DNA of 64,000 bases, from contig DDTM01000001.1 of NCBI GenBank assembly GCA_002344075.1, positions 2,529 to 66,528 of the forward strand, read 5' to 3'. The notes beneath the pieces are model-generated. The model searched no databases, was not told the DNA's origin, and saw nothing but the letters and a program-made list of their open reading frames with translations. Source of the DNA: Bacteroidetes bacterium UBA2364. Lineage in GTDB: Bacteria > Bacteroidota > Rhodothermia > Rhodothermales > UBA2364. Below, one piece after another: positions 1 to 9,191 of this stretch; within the stretch, counting starts at the first letter, position 1; every line of letters begins with the position of its first letter. A program made the position numbers and the translations under genes.

Positions 1-536
1 TCCACGAAATAAACAATTTCACCACTCCGACCACCGCGGGCATTCGAGCCACCACGGTCGGTTGTGGAAATACCCGCCTGAATGCCGAGGGCACCGTTTA
101 CACCACGAACCGGAAGGTTCTGGATGTCTTCACCACTAATCGTTTTTTCTGCCCCAACGGCATCCTTCGCGATCAATGGTTTTTCATAAACGATTTCAAC
201 GGATGTGACGGTTGAATTTTCCTCTACCAGAGCAAAATTCAGTTCAGTGGTACGTCCGGAACTGATCCGTACGCCCAATTCACTTTTGTTTTTGTAACCG
301 ACGAACGATGCTCTCACATTGTAGGAACCGACTGGCACCCCAATGATAAAGTAGTTTCCGTTCACGTCGGTTACCGCTCCCAACTGAGTGCCCTCCACCT
401 GTACAGTGGCACCCGGGACTCCTGTTCCCGCAGCAGCGTCGGTGACGCGCCCGGAAATCTTACCCGTGTTTTGTGCCAACGCCAGGAAAGGAAGGCAAAG
501 CAGTGTAAGCATGAGTGTACTCCATTTGCGAGACAT
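1..536 (-). CDS. TonB-dependent receptor, N-terminal part only (gene continues past the window start)
   Basis: Absent from the ORF track because it is open at the window edge. Minus-strand translation from the ATG at 536-534 gives MSRKWSTLMLTLLCLPFLALAQNTGKISGRVTDAAAGTGVPGATVQVEGTQLGAVTDVNGNYFIIGVPVGSYNVRASFVGYK... This is a signal peptide, then a carboxypeptidase-regulatory-like domain, then the start of the plug. A GGAGGAGG Shine-Dalgarno lies at 543-550. Confidence 0.8.
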   Translation of the reverse strand, partial: MSRKWSTLMLTLLCLPFLALAQNTGKISGRVTDAAAGTGVPGATVQVEGTQLGAVTDVNGNYFIIGVPVGSYNVRASFVGYKNKSELGVRISSGRTTELNFALVEENSTVTSVEIVYEKPLIAKDAVGAEKTISGEDIQNLPVRGVNGALGIQAGISTTDRGGSNARGGRSGEIVYFV

Positions 537-632
537 ATGCTACCTCCTCCGTAATGGGTTGTTTGGTAATGATTTGGGTTGTTGTTTGTTTGGCTGAATA
601 CTAAAGTGAATTTCACTTCAGGGTTGGCTGAT

Positions 633-680
633 AAAAAACCGTCTTGGAGCAGGGAGGGCTAATCCCGAGCCACGAGACGG
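633..680 (-). terminator. Intrinsic-terminator-like hairpin with U-tract inside the 5' leader of the TonB-dependent receptor gene (attenuator, or end of a small upstream transcript)
   Basis: The minus strand reads CCGTCT, then a GC-rich structured loop, then AGACGG followed by TTTTTT. It lies about 95 nt upstream of the receptor ATG. Confidence 0.45.
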
Positions 681-829
681 CGGTTGGTTTCATCTTTATG
701 ATCAGCGTGTGCTGTTTGGGTTGGAGCGTATTCTGAGAAGCAGTAACCATTTACCATATACTATTTTTACCTTTAGACCAATGGTGGGGTTCATAACGTC
801 TCAATATACGACGACTTTTACCGAACTCA

Positions 830-859
830 AATATAGCAACCCAATAAGATTAATGTCAA
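830..859 (-). promoter_or_regulatory. Candidate sigma70-like promoter (TTGACA, 18 nt, TATATT) reading toward the receptor gene
   Basis: Minus strand: cTTGACAttaatcttattgggttgcTATATTtgag. The call rests only on the hexamer match. Confidence 0.3.
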
Positions 860-1178
860 GAAAAACAAATTCCCTTTCAAAATCAAGTCAATTTTACGTC
901 CCAGCCCCTTATTAAAGGCTGGAAGCGCTTAACAGGTTGTTTTTACTTAACAAATCGCACGATATTTTTAAACCTTCAAAAAACAATAAAAGCAACTATA
1001 TTGCACTATTAGAACTTAAAATATTTGGTTTGTTAATTTCTGTTCATCCTCATGTAGCCTGCCTATCGTGGTGTAATTCTTAAATATATTTTGCCTGAAA
1101 GCGTTATCCGAGTAAAAATTTTGGCATGATTCAAAGAAACGCGGACAGAAAGACCATCCATATTAAGGCCCAGCTAAG

Positions 1179-1210
1179 AAAAAAAGGTTGCCCGAACCAT
1201 GGACAACCTT
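1179..1210 (-). terminator. Rho-independent terminator of serA
   Basis: Minus strand AAGGTTGTCCATGGTTCGGGCAACCTT followed by TTTTTTT, about 25 nt after the serA stop. Confidence 0.65.
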
Positions 1211-1234
1211 CAACGTTATTTTGTGGTACGTTTT

Positions 1235-2824
1235 TTATAATACATAGACCACTTTAACATTTCGAACACCGTCTATGGCCTCAATTTGTGTTCTCACCAC
1301 TTCTGTTATGGTATCATCCACACATACGGCCGTGATGGCTTCGCCTCCTTTACCGGAACGTCCGAGGGTAAAAGTAGCAATATTGATTTGGTTTTCTGCC
1401 AAAATACGCCCAACTGCAGCAACCATACCAGGCCGATCCACATTGGTATAAAATAAAATGTGGCCTTCGGGCTTCACCTCGAGCGGGAAACCATCTATTT
1501 GTACTATTCGCGGATCTTCGCCAGCAAAAACCGTTCCTGTCAGTTTTCGTATGCCCGAAGACGTATGAAAGGTGATTTCGAGCAATTCCGTAAAGTTTCC
1601 CGCATCGTCACTCCGCTGTTCCTCGAACACCACTCCCATTTCATGTGCAATCACCGAGGCATTGATATAGTTCACGTAGCTATGCCATTTGGATAAAATC
1701 CCCCGCATCACGGCCAGCGAGAGCAATTCTGAATATCGTTTAGGGACATCGCCCATACAACGAACCACCACTTTTTGGAGCGAACCATCCATCAGTTGTC
1801 CGGCCACCTGGCCCAGTTTTTCTGCCAGTTTCAGGAAAGACTGAACTTCGCTGCGGGCAGCCATACGAATAGCAAAGGAGTTCACCGACGTCCGGACGGA
1901 GCGCCCTTGTAGCGCTTCAATCAATTCAGCAGTGACTTCTTCTGCCACTTTAAATTGGGCTTCTTTGGTAGAGGCGGCAATATGAGGGGTTGCAACCACA
2001 TTTGGATGTTCAATTAATGGGCGCAAATGGGGGCTTGGCGGCTCTGTGGAATACACATCTAAGGCCGCTCCACCCACCTGACCCGACTCCAAGGCCGCAA
2101 GAAGGTCTGCTTCATTGATGATTTCGCCTCTTGCACAATTCACCACCAGAACGCCTTTTTTACATTTGGCAAATGTTTCTCGGTTCAATAAACCATTGGT
2201 TTCATCGGTCAATGGCGTATGTACGGTAATGATATCGCTTTGGGCATATAATTCGTTTAAAGAAACCAAAGCAATGCCCAACCGTTCGGCAACCGCATGA
2301 TTCAACATAGGGTCATACGCCAACACATTCATGCCAAACCCCCGCATTCGCTCTGCCACGGCCCTGCCAATTTTTCCGGCTCCGATTACACCAAGTGTTT
2401 TGCCAAAAATCTCGGTTCCATTAAACTTATTCCGCTCCCAAGCGCCGGACTTTAAGGAGGCATGGGCTTGTGGCAAGTGTCGTGCCAATGATTGCATCAT
2501 GGCACAAGTATGTTCGGCCGTAGAGAGGGTATTTCCATCCGGCGAGTTCATCACCAGCACGCCCCGCCGGGTGGCCGCGTCTAAGTCCACATTATCCACA
2601 CCCACTCCAGCACGACCAATAACCTTGAGGTTGGTTGCAGCCTCTATCAAGTCTGCCGTAATCTTGGTTCCACTCCGGATGATCCAGCCTTCGTATTGAG
2701 GCAAAATGGCTTTCAGTTCATCTTTTGAGAGTTTAAGGCGAACCTCGGCCTGAATCCCCTTGGTTTCCAACATCGTGGCACATGCTTGGTCCACGGCGTC
2801 GGTGATAATCACTTTTTGTTTCAT
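1235..2824 (-). CDS. serA: D-3-phosphoglycerate dehydrogenase, long form with C-terminal ASB/ACT regulatory domains
   Basis: 529 aa. NAD-binding GVIGAGKIGRAV, the 2-hydroxyacid dehydrogenase core (GRAGVGVDNVDL..., HTPLT..., CARGE), and an ACT-like C-terminus. Confidence 0.95.
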   Translation of the reverse strand: MKQKVIITDAVDQACATMLETKGIQAEVRLKLSKDELKAILPQYEGWIIRSGTKITADLIEAATNLKVIGRAGVGVDNVDLDAATRRGVLVMNSPDGNTLSTAEHTCAMMQSLARHLPQAHASLKSGAWERNKFNGTEIFGKTLGVIGAGKIGRAVAERMRGFGMNVLAYDPMLNHAVAERLGIALVSLNELYAQSDIITVHTPLTDETNGLLNRETFAKCKKGVLVVNCARGEIINEADLLAALESGQVGGAALDVYSTEPPSPHLRPLIEHPNVVATPHIAASTKEAQFKVAEEVTAELIEALQGRSVRTSVNSFAIRMAARSEVQSFLKLAEKLGQVAGQLMDGSLQKVVVRCMGDVPKRYSELLSLAVMRGILSKWHSYVNYINASVIAHEMGVVFEEQRSDDAGNFTELLEITFHTSSGIRKLTGTVFAGEDPRIVQIDGFPLEVKPEGHILFYTNVDRPGMVAAVGRILAENQINIATFTLGRSGKGGEAITAVCVDDTITEVVRTQIEAIDGVRNVKVVYVL

Positions 2825-2864
2825 GTTCTTGGCTTATTATCGTTATACATTTTTTACCATCGCC

Positions 2865-3503
2865 TTATATACATAGATTTAGGATGGCTTGTCGTCCTAT
2901 TTTCTTTACGGACGAACTTTCAACAATTTGAACCTCTAAGGATTTTTCCAACAACACCCGTTCTATTTCGCGTCGTGTTGCGTGCCGTTCTTTTTGGTTG
3001 AGTTTATCCATTTTGGTCAACACCACCACATATAGTACAGGCAAACCCTTCATGAACTCCATCACTTCCTGATCCAAATCGGTAGGTGGATGGCGGCTGT
3101 CTATCAGATGAAAGACCGTTTGCAGGTTTTCTCGCTGGTTCAAATATCGGGTGATGAGTTTACCCCAAGACAGGCGATTGGTTTTGGAGGTACGTGCATA
3201 ACCAAAACCTGGCAGGTCCACCAAATAATACGATTGGTTGACCACATAATAATTGAGGGTTTGCGTTTTGCCGGGCGTACCACTGGTATGGGCAAGCCCC
3301 CGGCGTCCCAGCAACATATTGATCAGTGAACTTTTTCCGACATTGGAGCGGCCTATGAAGGCAAATTCGGCAAGACCATCTTCGGGCAAGTCTTTCCAAC
3401 CGGAAGCGCTTTTCACAAACTGTACCTCCAGATGTGCGTCGCGTGTGGCAACCCGTTTTTCAGGTTGTGGAGCAAATTCCAGAGGCTTTTCCATAATAGA
3501 CAA
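2865..3503 (-). CDS. engB: Ribosome-biogenesis GTPase YsxC/EngB (YihA)
   Basis: G1 GRSNVGKSSLIN, G3 DLPGFGYA, G4 TKMDK. The ~210-aa size is typical of the family. Confidence 0.9.
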   Translation of the reverse strand: MSIMEKPLEFAPQPEKRVATRDAHLEVQFVKSASGWKDLPEDGLAEFAFIGRSNVGKSSLINMLLGRRGLAHTSGTPGKTQTLNYYVVNQSYYLVDLPGFGYARTSKTNRLSWGKLITRYLNQRENLQTVFHLIDSRHPPTDLDQEVMEFMKGLPVLYVVVLTKMDKLNQKERHATRREIERVLLEKSLEVQIVESSSVKKIGRQAILNLCI

Positions 3504-3545
3504 AAAAAAAGGGGGCGTACCCAGCCCGATACGCCCTAAAAACAG

Positions 3546-4415
3546 TTAGACCTTTAATGCCGCAGCAACGGTTTCTCCGATGAGTGCAGGATTCTCCACA
3601 ATCGTGGCTCCTGCTGCTTTTAGAACGGCAAATTTCTCGTCGGCCGTACCTTTTCCGCCTGATATAATGGCGCCGGCATGGCCCATTCGGCGTCCTGGAG
3701 GCGCCGTTTTTCCAGCGATAAACGCGAAAACGGGCTTGGTCATCGTCTTGATAAACTCAGCGGCTTCTTCCTCTGCAGTTCCACCAATTTCTCCGATCAT
3801 CACCACCGCCTCGGTTTCGCCATCGGCCTCAAACAATTCAAGTGCATCACGGAAGCGCGTTCCAATAATAGGGTCTCCCCCAATACCAACAGCGGTGGAC
3901 TGCCCCAGACCGCGACGAGTAAGTTGGTCAACGGCTTCGTAGGTAAGCGTACCAGAGCGCGAAACCACCCCAACCGATCCTGGCGTAAAGATCATACCCG
4001 GCATAATGCCTACTTTTGCTTGATTTGGCGTAAGAACACCTGGACAGTTCGGCCCTACAAACCGTGCCCCCACTTTTGTACCATAATGATAAACCGGCAA
4101 CATATCCTTGACAGGGATTCCTTCGGTGATGCAAATCACTAATTTAATGTCTGCATCAAAGGCTTCCAGAATGGCATCTGCGGCAAATGCAGGCGGAACA
4201 AATATGATTGATGTATTGGCGCCTTCGGCTTCTACGGCTTTTTGTACCGTATCAAACACTGGACGATCTAAGTGCTTGGCACCACCTTTGCCGGGCGTTA
4301 CTCCCCCAATGACGTTTGTTCCATACTCAATCATTTGCTCGGCATGAAACGTGCCTTCCTTTCCGGTAAAACCTTGAACCACAAGGCGGGTATTCCGATC
4401 TACGAGGATACTCAT
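3546..4415 (-). CDS. sucD: Succinyl-CoA synthetase alpha subunit
   Basis: [45 protein letters not shown]..., plus a GHAGAII phosphohistidine loop. Confidence 0.95.
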   Translation of the reverse strand: MSILVDRNTRLVVQGFTGKEGTFHAEQMIEYGTNVIGGVTPGKGGAKHLDRPVFDTVQKAVEAEGANTSIIFVPPAFAADAILEAFDADIKLVICITEGIPVKDMLPVYHYGTKVGARFVGPNCPGVLTPNQAKVGIMPGMIFTPGSVGVVSRSGTLTYEAVDQLTRRGLGQSTAVGIGGDPIIGTRFRDALELFEADGETEAVVMIGEIGGTAEEEAAEFIKTMTKPVFAFIAGKTAPPGRRMGHAGAIISGGKGTADEKFAVLKAAGATIVENPALIGETVAAALKV

Positions 4416-4635
4416 AACAGTTTTGGGCTTATAGGGTTGTGATTTTATTGATGTTCGCTATGGTTGAAATTGTTGAATAGAGGAAACTAAGCCACAGTGT
4501 TGGAAAGAAACATGAAGCAGATCGGCATTTCATGCGAAAGTTTGTGGAATTGCCTCATCGGAAATGCGACCTGCTCCTTTTGACGCGATGCACAATGTTT
4601 CTTTATCTCCATTTTATGACAGTTACGAGCATTCT

Positions 4636-5721
4636 TTAAGGCACCAATAAAACGGACGCGCCTTCTTTGAGGATGCGGAAAGACTCTGAATCCAGATTTT
4701 GTGCCTCGATTGCGGTTCTCAGTTCCGAAAGCGGCTCCTCCAACCCCTCATCAGCCATTTCGAATGTCCCGTAGTGCATTGGGATGGATTTTTTTATCCC
4801 CAGTTCCTGATGCATTTGTACCGCTTGTGCCGGCGAGACATGAACAGGCGACATAAACCACTCCGGGCGATACGCTCCGATGGGTAGTATGCCCACATCA
4901 AAGCCCTCCGGAAACTGTTTTTGAATGCGCCGAACAAAGGGGCCGTATCCGGTGTCGCCTGCAAAGTAGAGCCGCTTCCCTTGCACCGTTAACACAAAAC
5001 CCGCCCAAAGCGTTTTGTTACGATCAGAAAGCCCACGTCCGGAAAAATGTTGCGCGGGCACACAAGTTAGGTACATCACCTCAGACAAACTTTGTGTATC
5101 CCACCAATCCATTTCTGTCACATTCCGAATTCCTTGCCCCACCAAAAAGGCCTCATTCCCCAATGTGGTGATTATTTTGCACCCAAATTGATGTTGCAAC
5201 CGCCCCAAGGTCTGCGGATCACAATGGTCGTAATGGTTGTGCGTGAGCAGTACCACATCAATCGGGGGCAAGTCCTCGAAGCGAATCCCCGGCGGGCGTA
5301 CCCGCTCCGGCCCCAACCAAGAAATAGGGCTTACTCGGCGGGCATATACTGGATCTGTCAGAATATTGAGGCCCTCCCATTGTATTAACAAGGTTGCATG
5401 GTTGATAAAGGTAATCCGTAGCCCCTCCTCTACCCGACTTACCGGCTTCTCGCCAAAGGCTTGATCGGCGTATGGCGGCCAATATCCCACGTTTTTGCGG
5501 TTTATGCGCCACTTCAGTACATCCCAAAACCCCTTCTGCGGTATATCACCCAGATTGTGGAAGTGTGTACCATCAAAATGATCGCTCTTGGGACCGCGAT
5601 AACCCGGAGCAGAAAAAGCAAGATCTGCGAACCAAGCAGTAATTCCGCCCAGCCCTATAACTCCGGCAACTCCTTTCGTTGCTTTGCACATAAAATTTCT
5701 ACGGTTCATAACCTTTTTCAT
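4636..5721 (-). CDS. Tat-secreted MBL-fold metallo-hydrolase (COG2220 / NAPE-PLD-like)
   Basis: HxHxDH motif (LLTHNHYDHCD) and a twin-arginine leader MKKVMNRRNFMCKATKGVAGVIGLGG. The track ORF extends to 5826; I prefer the ATG at 5721, immediately before the Tat signal. Confidence 0.8.
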   Translation of the reverse strand: MKKVMNRRNFMCKATKGVAGVIGLGGITAWFADLAFSAPGYRGPKSDHFDGTHFHNLGDIPQKGFWDVLKWRINRKNVGYWPPYADQAFGEKPVSRVEEGLRITFINHATLLIQWEGLNILTDPVYARRVSPISWLGPERVRPPGIRFEDLPPIDVVLLTHNHYDHCDPQTLGRLQHQFGCKIITTLGNEAFLVGQGIRNVTEMDWWDTQSLSEVMYLTCVPAQHFSGRGLSDRNKTLWAGFVLTVQGKRLYFAGDTGYGPFVRRIQKQFPEGFDVGILPIGAYRPEWFMSPVHVSPAQAVQMHQELGIKKSIPMHYGTFEMADEGLEEPLSELRTAIEAQNLDSESFRILKEGASVLLVP

Positions 5722-5829
5722 TGTTTGCACTCGATACCTCATTTTTGCTAAAAGGTTGCACCCTTCTTCAGCCCCCACCATCCAGCACTTCTGGACGGAC
5801 AATGTTTTTTTCATCCGGACTTGCACATC

Positions 5830-5866
5830 TACTACATTTGTAGTATCTTAGAACTACAAATGTAGT
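5830..5866. promoter_or_regulatory. Two BlaI/MecI-type palindromic operators (TACTACA-TT-TGTAGTA and ACTACA-AA-TGTAGT) in the divergent promoter region
   Basis: 5830-5845 is TACTACATTTGTAGTA. 5853-5866 is ACTACAAATGTAGT, the reverse complement of the first core. The TACA/TGTA dyad is the hallmark of BlaI-family operators. The sites sit 7-40 nt upstream of the repressor ATG. Confidence 0.65.
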
Positions 5867-5872
5867 AATATC

Positions 5873-6259
5873 ATGAAACGACGTATTCTCCAATCTTTAG
5901 GCGAGGCCGAGTGGGAAATTCTCCAAGCCATATGGCAATTGGGCGAGGCTACGGTAAGCCAAGTACATGAGCACATCCGTAGCCAACGAGACGTTGCTTA
6001 TACCACCATCATGACATTGATGAAACGGCTTAGCGAAAAAGGCTATTTATCCTATACGGTTCGTGGCCAAGCTTATGTTTATCATGCTAATATGGAACCA
6101 GACGCTTTTAAAAATGCGATGGTCTCGGAGGTGGTGGAAAAGATATTTAATGGCTCGTCCTTGGCATTGGCACAAACACTCTTTAAACAAGAAACTTTTT
6201 CGGAGGCAGATCGGGCAGAGATAGAGTCCTTACTGGTCCAAATCCGTAAAACCGAATAA
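5873..6259 (+). CDS. BlaI/MecI/CopY-family winged-helix transcriptional repressor
   Basis: 128 aa. EWEILQAIWQLGEATVSQVHEHI...AYTTIMTLMKRLSEKGYL matches the penicillinase-repressor family pattern. Its stop overlaps the next gene's start (ATAATG). Confidence 0.9.
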   Translation: MKRRILQSLGEAEWEILQAIWQLGEATVSQVHEHIRSQRDVAYTTIMTLMKRLSEKGYLSYTVRGQAYVYHANMEPDAFKNAMVSEVVEKIFNGSSLALAQTLFKQETFSEADRAEIESLLVQIRKTE

Positions 6260-7167
6260 TGACGGAGGCGCTTCGTATGAATGCTGGCTTAGGAATAACA
6301 TTGTTGTATAAACTTTGGCTGCCCATGCTGGCTTGGGCGTTTTTGGCATGGGTTTTATGGTTTTTTGTCCAGAATTATGGAACCCGCCACCCTGTTTTTC
6401 GCTACCATGCTTTGCGTGCCCTCATTCTGTTACTGCCGATTGGCCTGCTTGCCGTCCTATTAATCCCTTCTCCGTTTTCGATAAATCGCTCGGCAAATAA
6501 GGTAGAGATTACATCGCTTCCCATAATCGTATCGCCCGCTTTGTCCACGCCTTCCCTACCCGCTCCTGTGCCACCGTCTCCCCCTCAACCGAACATCCAA
6601 AACCTTCCACCCAATTTTGTATGGCGTTCGGCCATAGGTTGGAGCATCTTATGCCTAACTGCTCTTGCTATCATTTTGGGTTTAATCCGATTTGCACAAC
6701 TATTTAAAGAACATTATGCCTTATCTCGTTTAAAGGACAATGTATTTACCCTTCCTCCTGACATAGAAAAGGCACTCACACACGCGCTGGAAATTCCCCA
6801 AAACATCGTGGTTACCCACACCAAGTCTGTAGAAACAGCGCTAACTTTTGGGTGGCCAGAAGCCTACATTGTGCTTCCGACGGCCTTGATCACCGATGCT
6901 GAAGCACTACGTTTGGTTACTCTGCATGAATTATGCCACATCCGACATCACGACTTTCTCCAACAATACCTCCTACGCGGATTAGATGCTGTATTCGCCA
7001 TTAATCCGATGATACGCTACCTTATCCTCCACTTGGAAGCAGAGCGCGAATTGGTTCGCGACAAAGAAGTTGCATGCCACCCAGGTGTTTCGCCTTCTAT
7101 CTATGCCACAACCTTGTACAAGATCGCCACAACCCAAGATAACTTGCGCACCACCTCCTATACCTAA
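6259..7167 (+). CDS. BlaR1-like M56 peptidase signal transducer, membrane and zinc-protease part (ends at an in-frame TAA)
   Basis: N-terminal TM helices, the HEXXH motif HELCHIRHHD, and a downstream ...AERELVRDKEVA... segment typical of M56. Confidence 0.8.
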   Translation: MTEALRMNAGLGITLLYKLWLPMLAWAFLAWVLWFFVQNYGTRHPVFRYHALRALILLLPIGLLAVLLIPSPFSINRSANKVEITSLPIIVSPALSTPSLPAPVPPSPPQPNIQNLPPNFVWRSAIGWSILCLTALAIILGLIRFAQLFKEHYALSRLKDNVFTLPPDIEKALTHALEIPQNIVVTHTKSVETALTFGWPEAYIVLPTALITDAEALRLVTLHELCHIRHHDFLQQYLLRGLDAVFAINPMIRYLILHLEAERELVRDKEVACHPGVSPSIYATTLYKIATTQDNLRTTSYT

Positions 7168-7173
7168 TATCCT

Positions 7174-8319
7174 ATGAGATACCCCACGCTTGCCATTTAT
7201 ACCTTTTCTCCGGCTCAAAACCTCAAAACCCGCCTTCAAAACTTGGCGATCCACCAGACGTACTCTCCACGTCAAAAACGAAACATGATCATACTGCTAA
7301 CCATCACAAGCCTCATCATATTAGTTAGCTTGATTGGTTTTTTTGGCGATCCGCCCAAAGCATCCACCCGCCTCCAAAAAGCACAAACCACCTTTTTGCC
7401 CACCGATCCTTATGCCTCTGCTATGGTTTTTACCAACCTAAGCTGTTGGGTGGATCAAAAAAAAGTATGCGGCCACCCAACAACGTTTAATGTGAATAAA
7501 ATTGGAGTAATTTACCTACTTGATATAGGCTTAGTCACCTTTTCATTACAACCTTTTGCCGATGCCAAACCTATTGGAACGGTGCAAGGGAAAGAACTCG
7601 CCCTCAATATGCCCAATACACCACTACGCTTGACCTCGCAATTTGATATTTTGGTAAAAGCCCAAGGAAAACCCAATTTGGTTTATGTAAAACAAGACGT
7701 AGGTTATAAAATAGAAAGACTCTTAGGTCTTGAATCCGAATACAAGAATACCCCATTCAGGAGTATGGCTTCGAGCTTCAGCGGGAATCAATACACCTTT
7801 GCAATAAGCGATATAAATCAGTATGAAACCTTATATACCGCCAGACCAAAGCCGGGTTTAACCTTTTCTCGTCCAACAATCCAATTGGAAAACCTCGTTA
7901 TACCACCATCCATTTTCATGGCCCCCACGCAATCCGTAAGTCGAAATTTTCCGGGCACATTCCCCATAGAGGACCGCAATATCTTATCGTTAATGGGCCT
8001 GGAGGCTTATGGATTATTCCAATTTTCCTTACATCCTTTTAAAAATGCGACACAATCTGCGCAAGTGGAAGGCAATAGGTTACGGGTTCAAACAGGTGTG
8101 GGACTACTCCAAATCACCACTTCCGAAAATATCCTATTAACAGAAACGGGAACCATCTGGTTTACGTTTATTCCATCTACCTCGCATCGTAAAGACGAAA
8201 TTCGCCGCCAACAAGCTACTTGTCGGGAGGAGCTCGAGAAAACCCCAACATTTGCCGAGCAAAACTGTCGGATAGGCGGCTTCAGAATGCCTGTCTATTT
8301 CGAGAGGAGGAAACTCTGA
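7174..8319 (+). CDS. Probable C-terminal TM4 plus extracytoplasmic sensor portion of the BlaR1-like protein, in the same frame as 6259-7167; otherwise a hypothetical membrane-anchored protein
   Basis: Same reading frame as the upstream ORF, separated only by TAA-TAT-CCT. It begins with a TM helix (MIILLTITSLIILVSLIGFFG) followed by ~320 aa containing an internal duplication (FSLQPFADAK... / FSLHPFKNAT...). Confidence 0.5.
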   Translation: MRYPTLAIYTFSPAQNLKTRLQNLAIHQTYSPRQKRNMIILLTITSLIILVSLIGFFGDPPKASTRLQKAQTTFLPTDPYASAMVFTNLSCWVDQKKVCGHPTTFNVNKIGVIYLLDIGLVTFSLQPFADAKPIGTVQGKELALNMPNTPLRLTSQFDILVKAQGKPNLVYVKQDVGYKIERLLGLESEYKNTPFRSMASSFSGNQYTFAISDINQYETLYTARPKPGLTFSRPTIQLENLVIPPSIFMAPTQSVSRNFPGTFPIEDRNILSLMGLEAYGLFQFSLHPFKNATQSAQVEGNRLRVQTGVGLLQITTSENILLTETGTIWFTFIPSTSHRKDEIRRQQATCREELEKTPTFAEQNCRIGGFRMPVYFERRKL

Positions 8320-8327
8320 GCCGATGC

Positions 8328-9191
8328 TCAGGCCCACTCCACACCTACGAGGGCTTCAGTCTGAGACCAGAGCGCCTCGCCGAGCACGTTGTCATAACTA
8401 AGGGCGGATGATTTTACGGCTTTTCGGTTACTGAAATAGTGCCCAGAGATGCCTGCTACTTCCGGCGAAGAAGCCAGATATACTTGTGTTGCTGCTCCTT
8501 TTTCCACCGAGATGGCGGATAACTTTTTAGCAAATCGCCATGCGCCAACAAAAAGTTTACCGATAGCTCCGGATGCATTGTTATCGCCAAAATCGGAAGC
8601 CACAAATCCGGGATGCAAACAATTGATGGTAATCCCCTTTCCTCCCAAGCGTCGTGCAGCGGCATAGGTAAACATTATGTTCATCAACTTGCTATTACAA
8701 TACTGCCCCCAACCGCTATATGTTTGCCGCATCTGCAAGTCCGACAAATCAATTTTACCCGGTCGGTGCGCATCCGAGGCCACATTTACCACCCGCGCAC
8801 CTTGGGTTTGCGTCAGGATGTCTAACAATTCATGTGTCAACAGAAAATAATTCAGGTGATTCAACGCAAGCGTTTGCTCGATGCCATCGGGGCTTTCTTC
8901 ATACTTCAGAAACATGGCTCCAGCATTATTAAGCAATACATCCAAACGATCGAAGCGGGATTTATACGTAGTTGCCAATTGCCGAACTGCGGCCATCGAG
9001 GACAGATCTGCCACCAAAACATGCACCGCATCATTTCCGGTGGTCCGCTTTACGTCTGATGCCACCTTCTGACATTTGGCCTCGTTCCGTCCAACCAATA
9101 CCAATTGTGCGCCCATCGCCGCCAATTGTTTAACAGACTCGGCGCCAATGCCTGCCGAAGCACCCGTGACTAAAATTGTTTTGCCTTTCAT
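8328..9191 (-). CDS. Short-chain dehydrogenase/reductase (SDR) family oxidoreductase
   Basis: TGASAGIGAE cofactor motif, NNAG, and the catalytic YCNSK (YxxxK). Confidence 0.9.
   Translation of the reverse strand: MKGKTILVTGASAGIGAESVKQLAAMGAQLVLVGRNEAKCQKVASDVKRTTGNDAVHVLVADLSSMAAVRQLATTYKSRFDRLDVLLNNAGAMFLKYEESPDGIEQTLALNHLNYFLLTHELLDILTQTQGARVVNVASDAHRPGKIDLSDLQMRQTYSGWGQYCNSKLMNIMFTYAAARRLGGKGITINCLHPGFVASDFGDNNASGAIGKLFVGAWRFAKKLSAISVEKGAATQVYLASSPEVAGISGHYFSNRKAVKSSALSYDNVLGEALWSQTEALVGVEWA

Noticed and set aside
726-745. CTGAGA (plus strand), which resembles the TPP-riboswitch core. Cobalamin-riboswitch motifs in the receptor leader were also checked.
   Set aside because: The motif is on the wrong strand for the receptor gene and the flanking consensus (ACCUGAU...GGGA) is absent. 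No B12 box (GCCACUG-type) is seen on the minus strand.
3546-4415. sucD without an adjacent sucC.
   Set aside because: Separation of the sucC and sucD genes occurs in FCB-group genomes. It is not evidence of anything unusual.
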